64,000 nucleotides of DNA, taken from a virus. The position numbers and the translations under genes are program-made. Below are positions 54,343-63,726 of the stretch, piece by piece. Numbering within the stretch: the stretch's first letter is position 1; every line of letters starts with the position of its first letter. The stretch lies in IMG/VR virus record IMGVR_UViG_3300042154_000876, positions 1-64,000 of that record. One strand, given 5' to 3'. The notes below the pieces were generated by a model, which searched no databases, was not told where the DNA came from, and saw only the letters and a list, made by a program, of their open reading frames with translations.

Positions 54343-54558
54343 CTACCTCTTGAGTTTGCAGTATGCTGTGGCTTTGTAGTCATACCCGTCTTCAAGATCC
54401 GCGTTAGAGATTTCTACCTCCATGTCGACATACTCCGAGATGTCTCCGATAAAGCTCTCGTCAATCTCTAGGTAGTTCATCAAAGAGTTTTTTATCTTTC
54501 TTAGAACTTCCGAGTGAGTGTCACCGAAGACTACAATGTCTAGTTTGACACGTGTCAT
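54343..54558 (-). CDS. Hypothetical protein
   Basis: 71-aa ORF coupled to the upstream gene (TAATG overlap). Confidence 0.6.
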   Translation of the reverse strand: MTRVKLDIVVFGDTHSEVLRKIKNSLMNYLEIDESFIGDISEYVDMEVEISNADLEDGYDYKATAYCKLKR

Positions 54559-54980
54559 TAACGAATCCTCTTCTCTAGCTTCTCTGGGGTGTAGTGAGTT
54601 CCGTCAAGCTTAGGTTCTTTTTCGTCTGTTGATTTGAAGATGATGTCTCCGGATCGAATAGCCACCACGATACCCTTGCGGCCGTTGTGCAGGTGGCCAA
54701 CTTCTGTCATATCAAAGGCATTGTGAGCAACTCGAACTACGTCGCCAACAACTATCTGACCGCGCCGGGCCGGTACCCAGACCTCGTCTTTGTTTACTTC
54801 GATTAGGGAGTGGCCTAAACCGACCTTAGATAGGATATCTAGAACGTCTTTAGATTGGGCTGGATCCATCTCAATCTCTTCCCAGGTTTTAAGCATCTTT
54901 AGTACGGCTTTTCCTGTACCGACTCGGATCTTTGCGTCTGCAAACTGCTCCTTGACCCATTCGTAGTTGATTTTACGCAT
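54558..54980 (-). CDS. Hypothetical protein with C-terminal KOW/SH3-like domain
   Basis: IVVGDVVRV..HNGRKGIVVAIRSGD, translationally coupled. Confidence 0.6.
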   Translation of the reverse strand: MRKINYEWVKEQFADAKIRVGTGKAVLKMLKTWEEIEMDPAQSKDVLDILSKVGLGHSLIEVNKDEVWVPARRGQIVVGDVVRVAHNAFDMTEVGHLHNGRKGIVVAIRSGDIIFKSTDEKEPKLDGTHYTPEKLEKRIR

Positions 54981-56002
54981 TATTTTCCTTCCACCTGAGA
55001 GATGTTAAGTAGGCTCTCTAGGTATTTGATAGATTCTTGTTTATTTGGGGTGTTGTTTAGATATTCTGCCTTTTGTCTGGCAGATAGTTCTGCCTTCTGT
55101 AAGTCAGTGAAGTCTTCAATGGTGTGTGCCAAGTGTGACCATGGCTCTCCTAGAACTGTTGTTTCTTTCCAGGACGTATAGATTGGGACGCCTGCGTTCA
55201 GAGCCTGAGCATATCGGTAGCTCCACCAGCTACCATCGTTTTTATGGGTGGTTATGATTGCTCCAGCAGACTGAAGCATCTGACCGTAAACCTGATCGTC
55301 AGTCTCCCCTTTATTCCATTTCATTGGGTCTGTCTGGTAGCGAAGAGTTTCAACTAGTTTTTTAGTATCTCTAGTGGCAAATGAGTCCACTACCCATTTA
55401 TCGAATCTCTCGCCGTGGGCAGTCTCTTCAGAAATCAGGTGTGCATCCAAAGAGATTCCGCTAAATTTAGGGACGTCTACAGTTATCTTTTCTCTGGCTT
55501 GTTCATCCGTCTTCCACGGTAGGCCTGGGTAGATTGTTTGAGGCCACTCTTTTGTAGCCAAGTTATTGACAGCTGTCGCAATTCGTGCCGACAGTGCGAC
55601 ATTTGAGACTACCTCTTTGTATCCTTTTCTGTAGGAGTAGAACTCCTTCATCAAGGCGGTTGGTGTTTTGTCTATAGACTTCAAGCTGGCGCACATCTGG
55701 GCCATACCCGGTGCGTCAACAAAAAGCCTGAGCTTGTCTGATCCCCAGAGTAGCCCTACAATATTTAGGGCACCATAGACTCGGTTAGCCGACAAGCTAG
55801 TGATTGGGCCTATGCCCACCAATACGGAGTCGTACTGGTCAAAAAAATCTTGAGAGACGTCTAGGCTTGGGTCTGCCCAAGTTACGTCATGTCCTGCAGT
55901 AGTTAGGGCTTTGTGCAGCGCTCCAGCGAATGCAAAGTTGCGCGTGTTAGATCTTTGTGAAGCCTGAGGGGCTGTCATGCCTGTTAAATATATCTTTGCC
56001 AT
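54980..56002 (-). CDS. Putative GT-B glycosyltransferase-like protein
   Basis: Likely start ATG 56002 (MAKIYLTG). Rossmann-like KIYLTG..AL..AGHDVTW..YDSVLVG, and C-terminal WWSYRYAQALNAGVPI resembling the GT-B R..EA...G.P region. Confidence 0.45.
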   Translation of the reverse strand: MAKIYLTGMTAPQASQRSNTRNFAFAGALHKALTTAGHDVTWADPSLDVSQDFFDQYDSVLVGIGPITSLSANRVYGALNIVGLLWGSDKLRLFVDAPGMAQMCASLKSIDKTPTALMKEFYSYRKGYKEVVSNVALSARIATAVNNLATKEWPQTIYPGLPWKTDEQAREKITVDVPKFSGISLDAHLISEETAHGERFDKWVVDSFATRDTKKLVETLRYQTDPMKWNKGETDDQVYGQMLQSAGAIITTHKNDGSWWSYRYAQALNAGVPIYTSWKETTVLGEPWSHLAHTIEDFTDLQKAELSARQKAEYLNNTPNKQESIKYLESLLNISQVEGK

Positions 56003-56020
56003 ATTTTTCTTTCTTGAGTA

Positions 56021-56048
56021 AGGGGGCACCGTTTTCACGATGCCCCCT
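56021..56048 (-). terminator. Stem-loop downstream of the SSB-like gene
   Basis: AGGGGGCA (56021-28) / TGCCCCCT (56041-48). Confidence 0.5.
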
Positions 56049-56067
56049 ATTTGCTTCCGGTCTGGGG

Positions 56068-56649
56068 TTAGAACGGAGCGTCAGCTGGTGCTGCAGGAGC
56101 CGGAGCCGGAGCCGGGGCTGGAGCCGGAGCAGCAGCTACTGGAGCTGGAGCTGGGGCTGGAGCCGGGGCTGGAGCCGGAGCTGCGGCAGCCGGAGCTGGC
56201 ATCTCATATGGCGTTGCTGGTGTTACAGGGGTAGCACCGGTACCGCTGTAGTAGCGGCTGATCTTGTTCTTCTTTGCTCCCTGGTAGAGCTCAGAAGCGA
56301 TCTGTGCGCGGAACGTGCGGCCCGCTAGGCTTGCTTCGATCTGCGCGTTTGATGGGTTGTTGTTTGTGAAGAACTCACGAGGGATACCCAGTGCACTCAT
56401 CTTTGAGAAGAAAATACCTAGGGCATTCTTGTTCTCAGGGGAGATGGTGATGTTGTCCCAGATGAAGCGGTTGGCGTACGGGCCGCTAACGACCTGTGCC
56501 TTGAGCTTAAACATGGTTTTACCCGTGCTTGTGGTACCTGCTGGTGCTTCTACAACCTTTAGGTCGTAGTCACCGTCTGGTAGTGGTTCGAAATTGCCGG
56601 TGGCCTCGCCGGCATCTTTTACTAAATCGGCCCAGTTAAGAGAACTCAT
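56068..56649 (-). CDS. DUF669-like ssDNA-binding protein with Pro/Ala tail
   Basis: FEPLPDGDY.LKV..GKTMF...V.SGPYANR.IWD, PA-repeat tail ending DAPF, next to the AAA ATPase. Confidence 0.7.
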   Translation of the reverse strand: MSSLNWADLVKDAGEATGNFEPLPDGDYDLKVVEAPAGTTSTGKTMFKLKAQVVSGPYANRFIWDNITISPENKNALGIFFSKMSALGIPREFFTNNNPSNAQIEASLAGRTFRAQIASELYQGAKKNKISRYYSGTGATPVTPATPYEMPAPAAAAPAPAPAPAPAPAPVAAAPAPAPAPAPAPAAPADAPF

Positions 56650-56682
56650 AGCTGTTTTTTATTTTTCCTATTCTAGAGGGGG

Positions 56683-57456
56683 TTATGCCGAAGCCTGGGT
56701 AGACTTCTTTTTGGTTTCGGTCTTTTCACCGAAGATGATGTCAAGCATGCGCTCTACACCAAGGTTTTCCTGCTCAACAATCGCACCTAGGCGACCCTGA
56801 ACACGCTCTCCTGCTTCTACCTTGTCGGTACGCTCCACATACATACGACGTGCTCGGTAAGGCAGTTGAGTTGGATCTGGGTTTGGAATAGTCTCGTTAG
56901 AGATGTATCCAAGTACATCGTAGAAGTACGGGGCCTGGACCGCAAGCTGACCCTGTAGGTAGGGGTGCATGAGGTCATCCTGACCGCGCTTGGCCATAGC
57001 GGTGAGCACAACTGCCTCGAGAGGCTGGGTTGGGTGCATCGTTAGGTCGCGTAGGTCGCGTAGAAGCGCGCCCATGTGGCGAAGTAGCTCGCCCCACTGC
57101 TGCATCTTCATCTGCTCGGTGCCTGCAATGTTGTCCATACACTTAACCTGAAGCTCCGAGATGGAGTCAATGATTAGTGACTTGAACTGGTGCTTGCCGC
57201 TCTGAAGCCACTGGAATGCCTTCAAAACAACATCGTAGTCGCGAACTTGCACAACTACTGTGTCCCATGTGCCGTCAGCCACTGGTGGCTCTTCGCGCAT
57301 TGGGTCCCAATACCGAACGTTGATTGGGAGGAAGCGGTGGCCGCCTTCCACGTCTAGCATTAGTCGGGGATATGGAGCTGTGACAGCAAAAGTTGATTTA
57401 CCAACCTTTGACTCGCCATAGACCATAAGGGTTAGAGAACGCTGTACATCTGACAT
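56683..57456 (-). CDS. AAA_24 / Sak4-like ATPase (recombinase)
   Basis: YGESKVGKST, LDVEGG, IIDSISE. Confidence 0.75.
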   Translation of the reverse strand: MSDVQRSLTLMVYGESKVGKSTFAVTAPYPRLMLDVEGGHRFLPINVRYWDPMREEPPVADGTWDTVVVQVRDYDVVLKAFQWLQSGKHQFKSLIIDSISELQVKCMDNIAGTEQMKMQQWGELLRHMGALLRDLRDLTMHPTQPLEAVVLTAMAKRGQDDLMHPYLQGQLAVQAPYFYDVLGYISNETIPNPDPTQLPYRARRMYVERTDKVEAGERVQGRLGAIVEQENLGVERMLDIIFGEKTETKKKSTQASA

Positions 57457-57458
57457 GC

Positions 57459-58424
57459 TTACTCTGTTCCTTTCTTCTCTTCGTCTTTACCGTAGTAACC
57501 GTATGGGTCGGATACCACATACAGCTGCTCAATAGCCGCCTCAGCCGCGCTACCGTCGTCAATCATCGGACAGATAGTATAGAACTGACACTTCCATTTG
57601 CAGTCTTTGTTTGGGCTTGGGTAAGCCACAAAGTTTGGGTCTGAACCTACGTCAAGAGCTTTCTTGACGTTCATCAGATCACTAATCGTACCATGAATAC
57701 GCTGCCAAAACGAGCGCATTGTGAAAATATTGTGACGAACTTCGATTTGTTCGTAGAACGGTGGACGTGCGTTAGCTGTACGCTTTACCTTTTTTAGCAT
57801 GGTAAAGATGCCGCCCTCGGAGCGTTCGCCGGGTTCCTTGTTCTGTGCAGACTCTAGGAGCATGTAGGTAAGGATCTGCTCGTTCATCTGAGCCTGGTTG
57901 GCAAAGTCCGAGAACGAGCCACCCACAGTCTTGAAGTCGCGGAACATGCGTACGCCATCGTTCTTGCGGCGGACACGCATGTCTAGCTTACCCTGAAGAA
58001 TAACTTCTCCATCGAAGAGTGGCATCTGGATAATCTCTTCGTTAGAGATCTTCTCTAGGTTAGAGTCAATACCTTCTTCGTCCATCCACTCGAGGTAGCC
58101 TTCAAGCATGATGCGACCTAGCTCTGCCTCAGACTCTAGGTCCGTGGTGTCGCGGTAGTCAGCGACTAGCTTAGCCATGTCTTCGGCTACAAGTGTAGCG
58201 TGAGCCTCTAGCAAACCGATTTCGCCATCAGACGAGTAGTAACGGTCTAGAGCCTCGTGGATGCGGGAACCAAGAGCTAGGGCTCCAGTAAACTGAGTCT
58301 GCTTTGGCTGTAGACGTCGGTAGTAGTTGAGCCACCACTTACGTCGGCAATCCTTAAACACCTGGATTTCCGAGTTGGAGAGTGTGTAAGGTGTTTTTAC
58401 TTCTGGTGTCGTTTCGTCGTTCAT
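57459..58424 (-). CDS. Cas4/RecB-like PD-(D/E)XK exonuclease
   Basis: LSNSEI..FKDCRRKW, GSRIH, GKLD..DFKT, Q..TY and C-terminal C.W.C.F..IC. Confidence 0.8.
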   Translation of the reverse strand: MNDETTPEVKTPYTLSNSEIQVFKDCRRKWWLNYYRRLQPKQTQFTGALALGSRIHEALDRYYSSDGEIGLLEAHATLVAEDMAKLVADYRDTTDLESEAELGRIMLEGYLEWMDEEGIDSNLEKISNEEIIQMPLFDGEVILQGKLDMRVRRKNDGVRMFRDFKTVGGSFSDFANQAQMNEQILTYMLLESAQNKEPGERSEGGIFTMLKKVKRTANARPPFYEQIEVRHNIFTMRSFWQRIHGTISDLMNVKKALDVGSDPNFVAYPSPNKDCKWKCQFYTICPMIDDGSAAEAAIEQLYVVSDPYGYYGKDEEKKGTE

Positions 58425-58426
58425 AT

Positions 58427-60238
58427 TTAGAGCTTACCAGCCTTATCGTCTTTTAGCAACTCTAACAGTTTATCTTTGTCTTTGACAATCTGCTCGAAGT
58501 TGTCTGCCTTTGTTTCCAGTACCTGAAGAACACGTTCTTCAATGGTACCTTCGGTCACGTAGTCCATGATAATCACAGAGTCGTGGATCTCAGAACCGAT
58601 TCGGTGAATACGGTCTAGAGCTTGTTTGTGGTCAACTAGCGACCACGGGCGCTGAAGCATCACTAGGCGACGTCCGGCGGTAAGGGTCACACCTACACCA
58701 CCAGCCTGCACCGTGAACAGGATCCACTTGGTCTTGCCAGACTGGAAGTCGTCAATGGCCTTCTGACGCTGGTCCTCATTCTGGGCACCAGTGATTAGGC
58801 CGTGAGCAATTCCCTCCTTGGTCAAACGTGCGCTAAGAAGTTCGATTAGCTGACGGGACACAGCGGCTACCGCTACTGAGTCGTCTCCAAAGTCGCCGCT
58901 CTTAATATCATCCATTAGAGCATCTACTTTACACGATGGCTCTGCTAATAGCACAACCTCTTCTCCAGTAGTTTCGTCTACAGTGATTTCTGCAAAAGAG
59001 CTAGCAAACTGGTGTAGACGAGTTGTCTGAGTTAGAACGCTTGGTGCCACCACTGCCCCACCGCCACCTTCAAGCTCTGCAATCATGTTGTCGCGCATGT
59101 CCTTGTAAGCTTTTGCCTGCTTTGCTGACATCTCGACGTCGCGACGTTCAAACATCATCTCAGGTAGCCAAGGAAGTACGCGTGACTTAAGCATGCGGCG
59201 CATGCGTGGGTTTACAGTTGCGTGGAACTCTGCTTCCATATGCGGCTTTAGTCCTAGAACCATCATGCCACCGAAAGCGTTGAGCATCGTGTTTACCATG
59301 CGGTCAATCCACTTAGTCTTGCTAGGCCACTCTTCTGGCGAAAGCCAGTGCAGGATTGCCCACATATCAAGCACGTCATTTGCAATAGGGGTACCGGTCA
59401 ATGCAAAGCGAATGTCTGCGTCTCCGGTGGCGGCCCATAGAGCGCGGCTCTGCTTAGACTTAGGGTCCTTTGAGCGGTGCATCTCGTCAGCAATGACGGC
59501 CTTAAAGTCAATATTGTTAAGTTCTCGCGGGTGTACCTCGCAGCGGGTCTCGGTTACGCGGTCGTCTAATCCACCGCAGGCTGAGCAGCGTGCTAGTGCA
59601 ATAGAGCCATAAGGCGATAGTCGAGAGTGTGAGCGTAGAGATTCCCAGTTTATTGCGTAAACATCGGCTTCTTCTTCAAACTGCTTACGACGCTGAGTAG
59701 CGGTTCCCTTGATAACCTGGACGCGTACGCCTGGCCACCACTTCTCAAACTCGCGCTTCCAGTTCTTTTTCAAAGTGTTAGGGCAAACGACTAGTGCTGG
59801 AAATGGTTCTCCGCCATCGTCCTGAATTTTTTTAAGGGCGCGGATAGCCTGGGCAGTCTTGCCAAGACCGGGCTCATCGGCTAGTAGAGCGCGGCGTGCG
59901 GTTGCTAGGTACTTAACTCCAGCGCGTTGGTGAGGGAATAGGTCTTCATCGCCTTCTCCGTCTGGAAGAATCTCTAGGTCGCGAAGAGCGTTGCTTGGGT
60001 CTACTCGGTTGGTGCGTTCTGCGCTGGCCCATGCGGTAAGGGCATCGCCTAGAACTAGGTCTTCTTTAAACGTTGAGCGTAAAGCTAGACAGGATGTCCA
60101 CGACGCTGGGACCTTCCAAAGTTGGGATTTTCCGTCATAAGACGAGCCAGGTAGGCTTTTGCACAGTTCTTTGTAACGCCAGTCAGCGTTAATAAAGATG
60201 TATTTGCCGGTTTCGTCCAGCTCTACTCCTACTGCCAT
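58427..60238 (-). CDS. SNF2-family SF2 helicase
   Basis: LADEPGLGKT, VVCP, IADEMH, LTGTP, GGVGVTL, QALDRIHRIG. Confidence 0.85.
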   Translation of the reverse strand: MAVGVELDETGKYIFINADWRYKELCKSLPGSSYDGKSQLWKVPASWTSCLALRSTFKEDLVLGDALTAWASAERTNRVDPSNALRDLEILPDGEGDEDLFPHQRAGVKYLATARRALLADEPGLGKTAQAIRALKKIQDDGGEPFPALVVCPNTLKKNWKREFEKWWPGVRVQVIKGTATQRRKQFEEEADVYAINWESLRSHSRLSPYGSIALARCSACGGLDDRVTETRCEVHPRELNNIDFKAVIADEMHRSKDPKSKQSRALWAATGDADIRFALTGTPIANDVLDMWAILHWLSPEEWPSKTKWIDRMVNTMLNAFGGMMVLGLKPHMEAEFHATVNPRMRRMLKSRVLPWLPEMMFERRDVEMSAKQAKAYKDMRDNMIAELEGGGGAVVAPSVLTQTTRLHQFASSFAEITVDETTGEEVVLLAEPSCKVDALMDDIKSGDFGDDSVAVAAVSRQLIELLSARLTKEGIAHGLITGAQNEDQRQKAIDDFQSGKTKWILFTVQAGGVGVTLTAGRRLVMLQRPWSLVDHKQALDRIHRIGSEIHDSVIIMDYVTEGTIEERVLQVLETKADNFEQIVKDKDKLLELLKDDKAGKL

Positions 60239-60316
60239 GTTGTTGTTCCTTTCGTCTCTAAATAGATACTATCACATTTTAGGAAATATTATTAGCAAAA
60301 AGCTATAGTATCTCGA

Positions 60317-60781
60317 CTATTTTAAAAGTTTTAGTGGTTTCCAGCCACTTTTGACCAATCTTAGCAGGCCATGTCGGATGCTGTCAAGTGCGTGCCCCTC
60401 GCCTCCGCGATGCCAGTAATCAAGGATTCTAATCTTTTCATTAGTGAACATTGCTTTTGCGTCGGCTGGAGATTGGAAAAAGATTTCTTCGGGAGATCGT
60501 CCATTGTCCATAATAATCTGCTTTAGGATTCCAATCTGCTCCAGCGAATACGGAGCCTGCGAGTTGCGAACGGTCTGAGCGTTGATGGTGAATCGCTCGC
60601 ACACAACTTCAAGCTTTACCCCGTGCGACTGGGAGAATCTGAAAGCGTCTCGAATAGGCTGAGCGTACTCGTGCTGCTGATACTCTCCGGACCAAAGCAT
60701 CGTTGGGTCCTCTTTACCGTCCCACGTGAAGTAGCACATGCCGGTGGCTTTTCCTGGGTCTACTGCTAAAATGTGTCGCAT
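60317..60781 (-). CDS. RuvC-like Holliday junction resolvase
   Basis: ILAVDPGKATG, VVCERF, HALDSIRH. Confidence 0.7.
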   Translation of the reverse strand: MRHILAVDPGKATGMCYFTWDGKEDPTMLWSGEYQQHEYAQPIRDAFRFSQSHGVKLEVVCERFTINAQTVRNSQAPYSLEQIGILKQIIMDNGRSPEEIFFQSPADAKAMFTNEKIRILDYWHRGGEGHALDSIRHGLLRLVKSGWKPLKLLK

Positions 60782-62598
60782 TAGTACTTTGCTCCCCAGT
60801 TCTCTAGAGGTCCGTCAACATCAGCGGTAAGAGGCACTGACCAGCCATCGCGGGTGGTCATACACTCGCGTACGATCTGTTGGATCTCGGCCGCATCTTC
60901 GCGAGGTGCGTTTAGTACGATTTCGTCGTGTACGGGCACAATAAGTAGTTCAGTTAGATCTGCCTTGTCTAGTTTGATTAGGTTTGACTTAAACACTTCT
61001 GCAGCACCTCCTTGGATTAGGTAGTTAACCAGAGTATACACTCGGTCTTCGTCACAAGGTAAGCGACGTCCAGTCCAAGTATTTACGTAGCCCTGACCTT
61101 CTGCGCGTAGTCGGCGCATACCCACGTCTTCGACCTGCTTCTGGAACAGGGTCATGCCTGGGAATCGTAGGTCGAATGCGTCTGACACTGCCTGCATCTG
61201 ATCCTTGGCTACACCAGCAGTAACGGCTTGCTTTTCTACACCTGCTCCATAGAGACGACCGTAGACCACGCCCTTGATAAGTCCACGACGCTTGTCTGAC
61301 TTCTGCATTGTTGGGTCTTGATAGATCTCGCGGCCGATCTCGGTGAACGGGTCAGAGCCAGTAGCGTCAGCTAAGTTAAATAGGCTGATTAGGTTTGGAT
61401 CCTTAGATAGCGATGCGAACATACGGAACTCAACCTGGTCAAGGTCCGAGGTGATGATTACGTGGTCGTCATCTTTAGGCAAGAACGCGCGGCGCACTGT
61501 GTCGTCTCCCTTTGGAAGAGTCTGTAGGGCTGGGTTCTGGATGGACATGCGACCGGTGCGGGCACCCATTGTCTTTACAGATGGGTGTACAAAACCATTT
61601 ACATTGTCATTAATGAAGTTCTTGAAATATGTGTTGGCTAGTTTGTCAGCTTTTCTCTGTTTGAGCACAACGTCAGCCAGCTGCTTGATTTCTGCGTTAC
61701 CCTCTTGTAGGAAGATTTTTAGCTGGTCGGCAGAGGCAGACTTCTGCCCTGATGGGGTGAACTCTGTGATTTCAGCCCCGAGGCTCTCAAAGATCTTGAC
61801 TAGCTGGATATTACTGGTTATGGACATGCCGTAATGCGACTTGCCCCACTCCTTTACCTGTTCAGTGTAGTTCACCAGCTCGTCGTACTTCTTCTGAGAG
61901 TAGTCTAGATCTAGCCTAGCGCCGTTGATCTCCATACGGGTAACAATCTTTCGGGTAGCCATCTCTAGCTCGTACGCCTGAGAATAAGGCTGACCCGGAC
62001 CGCACTTCTCCCAGAACTGCTCAAATAGACGCATAGTTAGGACAGTGTCGAGGGCACCATAGGCCCAGTAAGGTTCAAAGTTAATAGGCACAGTTCCCCA
62101 GGTCCAGCCGTTTTTAGCTAGTTCCTGGTCTAGTACTGATTGGAGCTGGGCAGCCTGTGCATCAACATACCGTGCGGTGAGACGTTTTAGCGCGCCTGAC
62201 CCCAGTGGATCGATAAGCTGAGCCATAATCATGGTGTCGTGCGCCCGGTGCCAAGGCATGTCCCAGCGGGATTGCACATCAAACCAGCGGGCCTCGAAGG
62301 CAATATTGTGACAGACAATCAATCCATCAAACTTGCTCATGGCTTCGTAGAAAACCCCGTTCCACTCGTCCCAGGGGATGGACCAACCGGTCTGTCCGTC
62401 ACCTACCTGAACTAAGCGTAGACGTCCATGCCAAGGAGATAGGGCGTCGCCGCGTGGGTGCCCTGGAAGTTCGCCTGTTTCAGTGTCGATTGCAATTGCG
62501 TTGTATGGTCGACGCTCGCCTAGCCAGCTAATAAACTCTTCAGCGGTTTTGACGCTATTAACTAGATTTAGTTTTACGTCAGATAAGCCGGATGCCAT
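60781..62598 (-). CDS. polA: DNA polymerase, family A (3'-5' exonuclease plus polymerase)
   Basis: IDTETG, HNIAFE, YGALD, TGRMS, DLDQVEFR, RGLIKGVVYGRLYG, NYLIQG and VHDE. Likely start ATG 62598. Confidence 0.9.
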   Translation of the reverse strand: MASGLSDVKLNLVNSVKTAEEFISWLGERRPYNAIAIDTETGELPGHPRGDALSPWHGRLRLVQVGDGQTGWSIPWDEWNGVFYEAMSKFDGLIVCHNIAFEARWFDVQSRWDMPWHRAHDTMIMAQLIDPLGSGALKRLTARYVDAQAAQLQSVLDQELAKNGWTWGTVPINFEPYWAYGALDTVLTMRLFEQFWEKCGPGQPYSQAYELEMATRKIVTRMEINGARLDLDYSQKKYDELVNYTEQVKEWGKSHYGMSITSNIQLVKIFESLGAEITEFTPSGQKSASADQLKIFLQEGNAEIKQLADVVLKQRKADKLANTYFKNFINDNVNGFVHPSVKTMGARTGRMSIQNPALQTLPKGDDTVRRAFLPKDDDHVIITSDLDQVEFRMFASLSKDPNLISLFNLADATGSDPFTEIGREIYQDPTMQKSDKRRGLIKGVVYGRLYGAGVEKQAVTAGVAKDQMQAVSDAFDLRFPGMTLFQKQVEDVGMRRLRAEGQGYVNTWTGRRLPCDEDRVYTLVNYLIQGGAAEVFKSNLIKLDKADLTELLIVPVHDEIVLNAPREDAAEIQQIVRECMTTRDGWSVPLTADVDGPLENWGAKY

Positions 62599-62662
62599 AT
62601 CTAATCCTTTTGTCGTTTGTCTTTGTAATGGTAACACAACTAGTGTGCTAAAGCAATGCTAT

Positions 62663-62920
62663 TTAGAAGTTGTCTTCGTCGTCGTCAAAATCCATGTTCT
62701 CTACGAAATCTTTATTTTCTCGGCTATTTGTTATGTATGGAGACAGCATACCGCCAGCCACTGACATACCTACAATGTGTAGGGCTTGTTTTTCGGTGAA
62801 GCCGGCCCACAGAAGCGAGAGAAACATCTCGTGTAGGTCTGTTGCAGCCATCTCGAGGTTAGTTACTATTGGAAAATTAGCAGGAGGTATGTTATCTGGT
62901 AGAGGGGTTTCTTCATTCAT
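62663..62920 (-). CDS. Hypothetical protein
   Basis: Likely ATG 62920, 6 nt after a TGATAAGGT extended -10 (leaderless). Contains LHEMFLSLLWAGFTEKQAL. Confidence 0.6.
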   Translation of the reverse strand: MNEETPLPDNIPPANFPIVTNLEMAATDLHEMFLSLLWAGFTEKQALHIVGMSVAGGMLSPYITNSRENKDFVENMDFDDDEDNF

Positions 62921-62938
62921 AAGCACACCTTATCATGG

Positions 62939-63409
62939 TTAGGGGATAACTTCAACTCTGTAGATTGAGTCTATTGACTTATCTTTGTCTGCAGCTGCTT
63001 CTAGTAGTCGCTGGGCGACATTGGTAAGGTAGCGTGCGCCACCGTCATCAAACTTGTATAGGGCATCCAAAACTGCTTCCGGTTCATCCGAGACCTGTGC
63101 CCAGTAGCGGTGCTTTTCTGGGAAGATCAGATCTGCTTCTTCGGTTGGGCCGCACTCCTCACAGGGGATGGCGTCGTTCCTTAGCGAGGAGTAGTGTGCT
63201 TCGCTAAGTCCGTATCGCTTCACAAGTGAGCATGCGGCTCCATGAAATACCGTAGAGACTCCAATCCTAGAAAGGATGTATGAGCCGCTCTCGGTTTTGT
63301 AAAGTTCAAACTCAATCCATCTGGTTGAGCCCCTGCGCCACGAAGTAGACTTGCCTAGAAGAGTGCCGTTGAACTGTAAAGTTCTGGCACCATCTTTAAC
63401 TTCGTACAT
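62939..63409 (-). CDS. Hypothetical protein with C..C motif
   Basis: 156 aa, GTLLGKSTS..RWIEFELYKT..PCEEC. Confidence 0.7.
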   Translation of the reverse strand: MYEVKDGARTLQFNGTLLGKSTSWRRGSTRWIEFELYKTESGSYILSRIGVSTVFHGAACSLVKRYGLSEAHYSSLRNDAIPCEECGPTEEADLIFPEKHRYWAQVSDEPEAVLDALYKFDDGGARYLTNVAQRLLEAAADKDKSIDSIYRVEVIP

Positions 63410-63411
63410 GA

Positions 63412-63579
63412 CTACTTCTTTTCTTTTTTAGCTTCTTCAAGTTGCTTTTCTAGCTCAGCCACCTTATTGCGCTCCACCATGAGCAGTGCTTCAAGTTCCG
63501 CATTTAGTCCCATGGACTTGCTTAGTTGATCGCGGGTGACTGCTAGAACGTTGTTGAAAAGTTCAGTGTTGTCTGACAT
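63412..63579 (-). CDS. Small coiled-coil protein (55 aa, not in the ORF track)
   Basis: Read manually as MSDNTELFNNVLAVTRDQLSKSMGLNAELEALLMVERNKVAELEKQLEEAKKEKK, with an AGGA RBS. Confidence 0.6.
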   Translation of the reverse strand: MSDNTELFNNVLAVTRDQLSKSMGLNAELEALLMVERNKVAELEKQLEEAKKEKK

Positions 63580-63726
63580 TGTGTATTCCTATTCGTAGTA
63601 CGTATACAGTAATTTTACTACGAAAATCCATCCCCTATAATCTCCTATGTTTTAATTTTGTGGCTTGGTTTTATTGTAATTATGGGCAGAAAAACTTGTA
63701 AAATAGAGGTATATCAGGAGCGTGAA

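Noticed and set aside
56090-56200. GCCGGA/GCTGGA tandem repeats and the + strand EPEPEL ORF
   Set aside because: These are the antisense of the Pro-Ala tail of the SSB-like protein.
2844-62942. Numerous 60-220 aa antisense or off-frame ORFs inside long genes (e.g. 16699..17259, 26400..27074, 30342..30812, 37596..38072)
   Set aside because: They are shadows of the coding-strand codon bias, with Ser-rich composition and no motifs or RBS.
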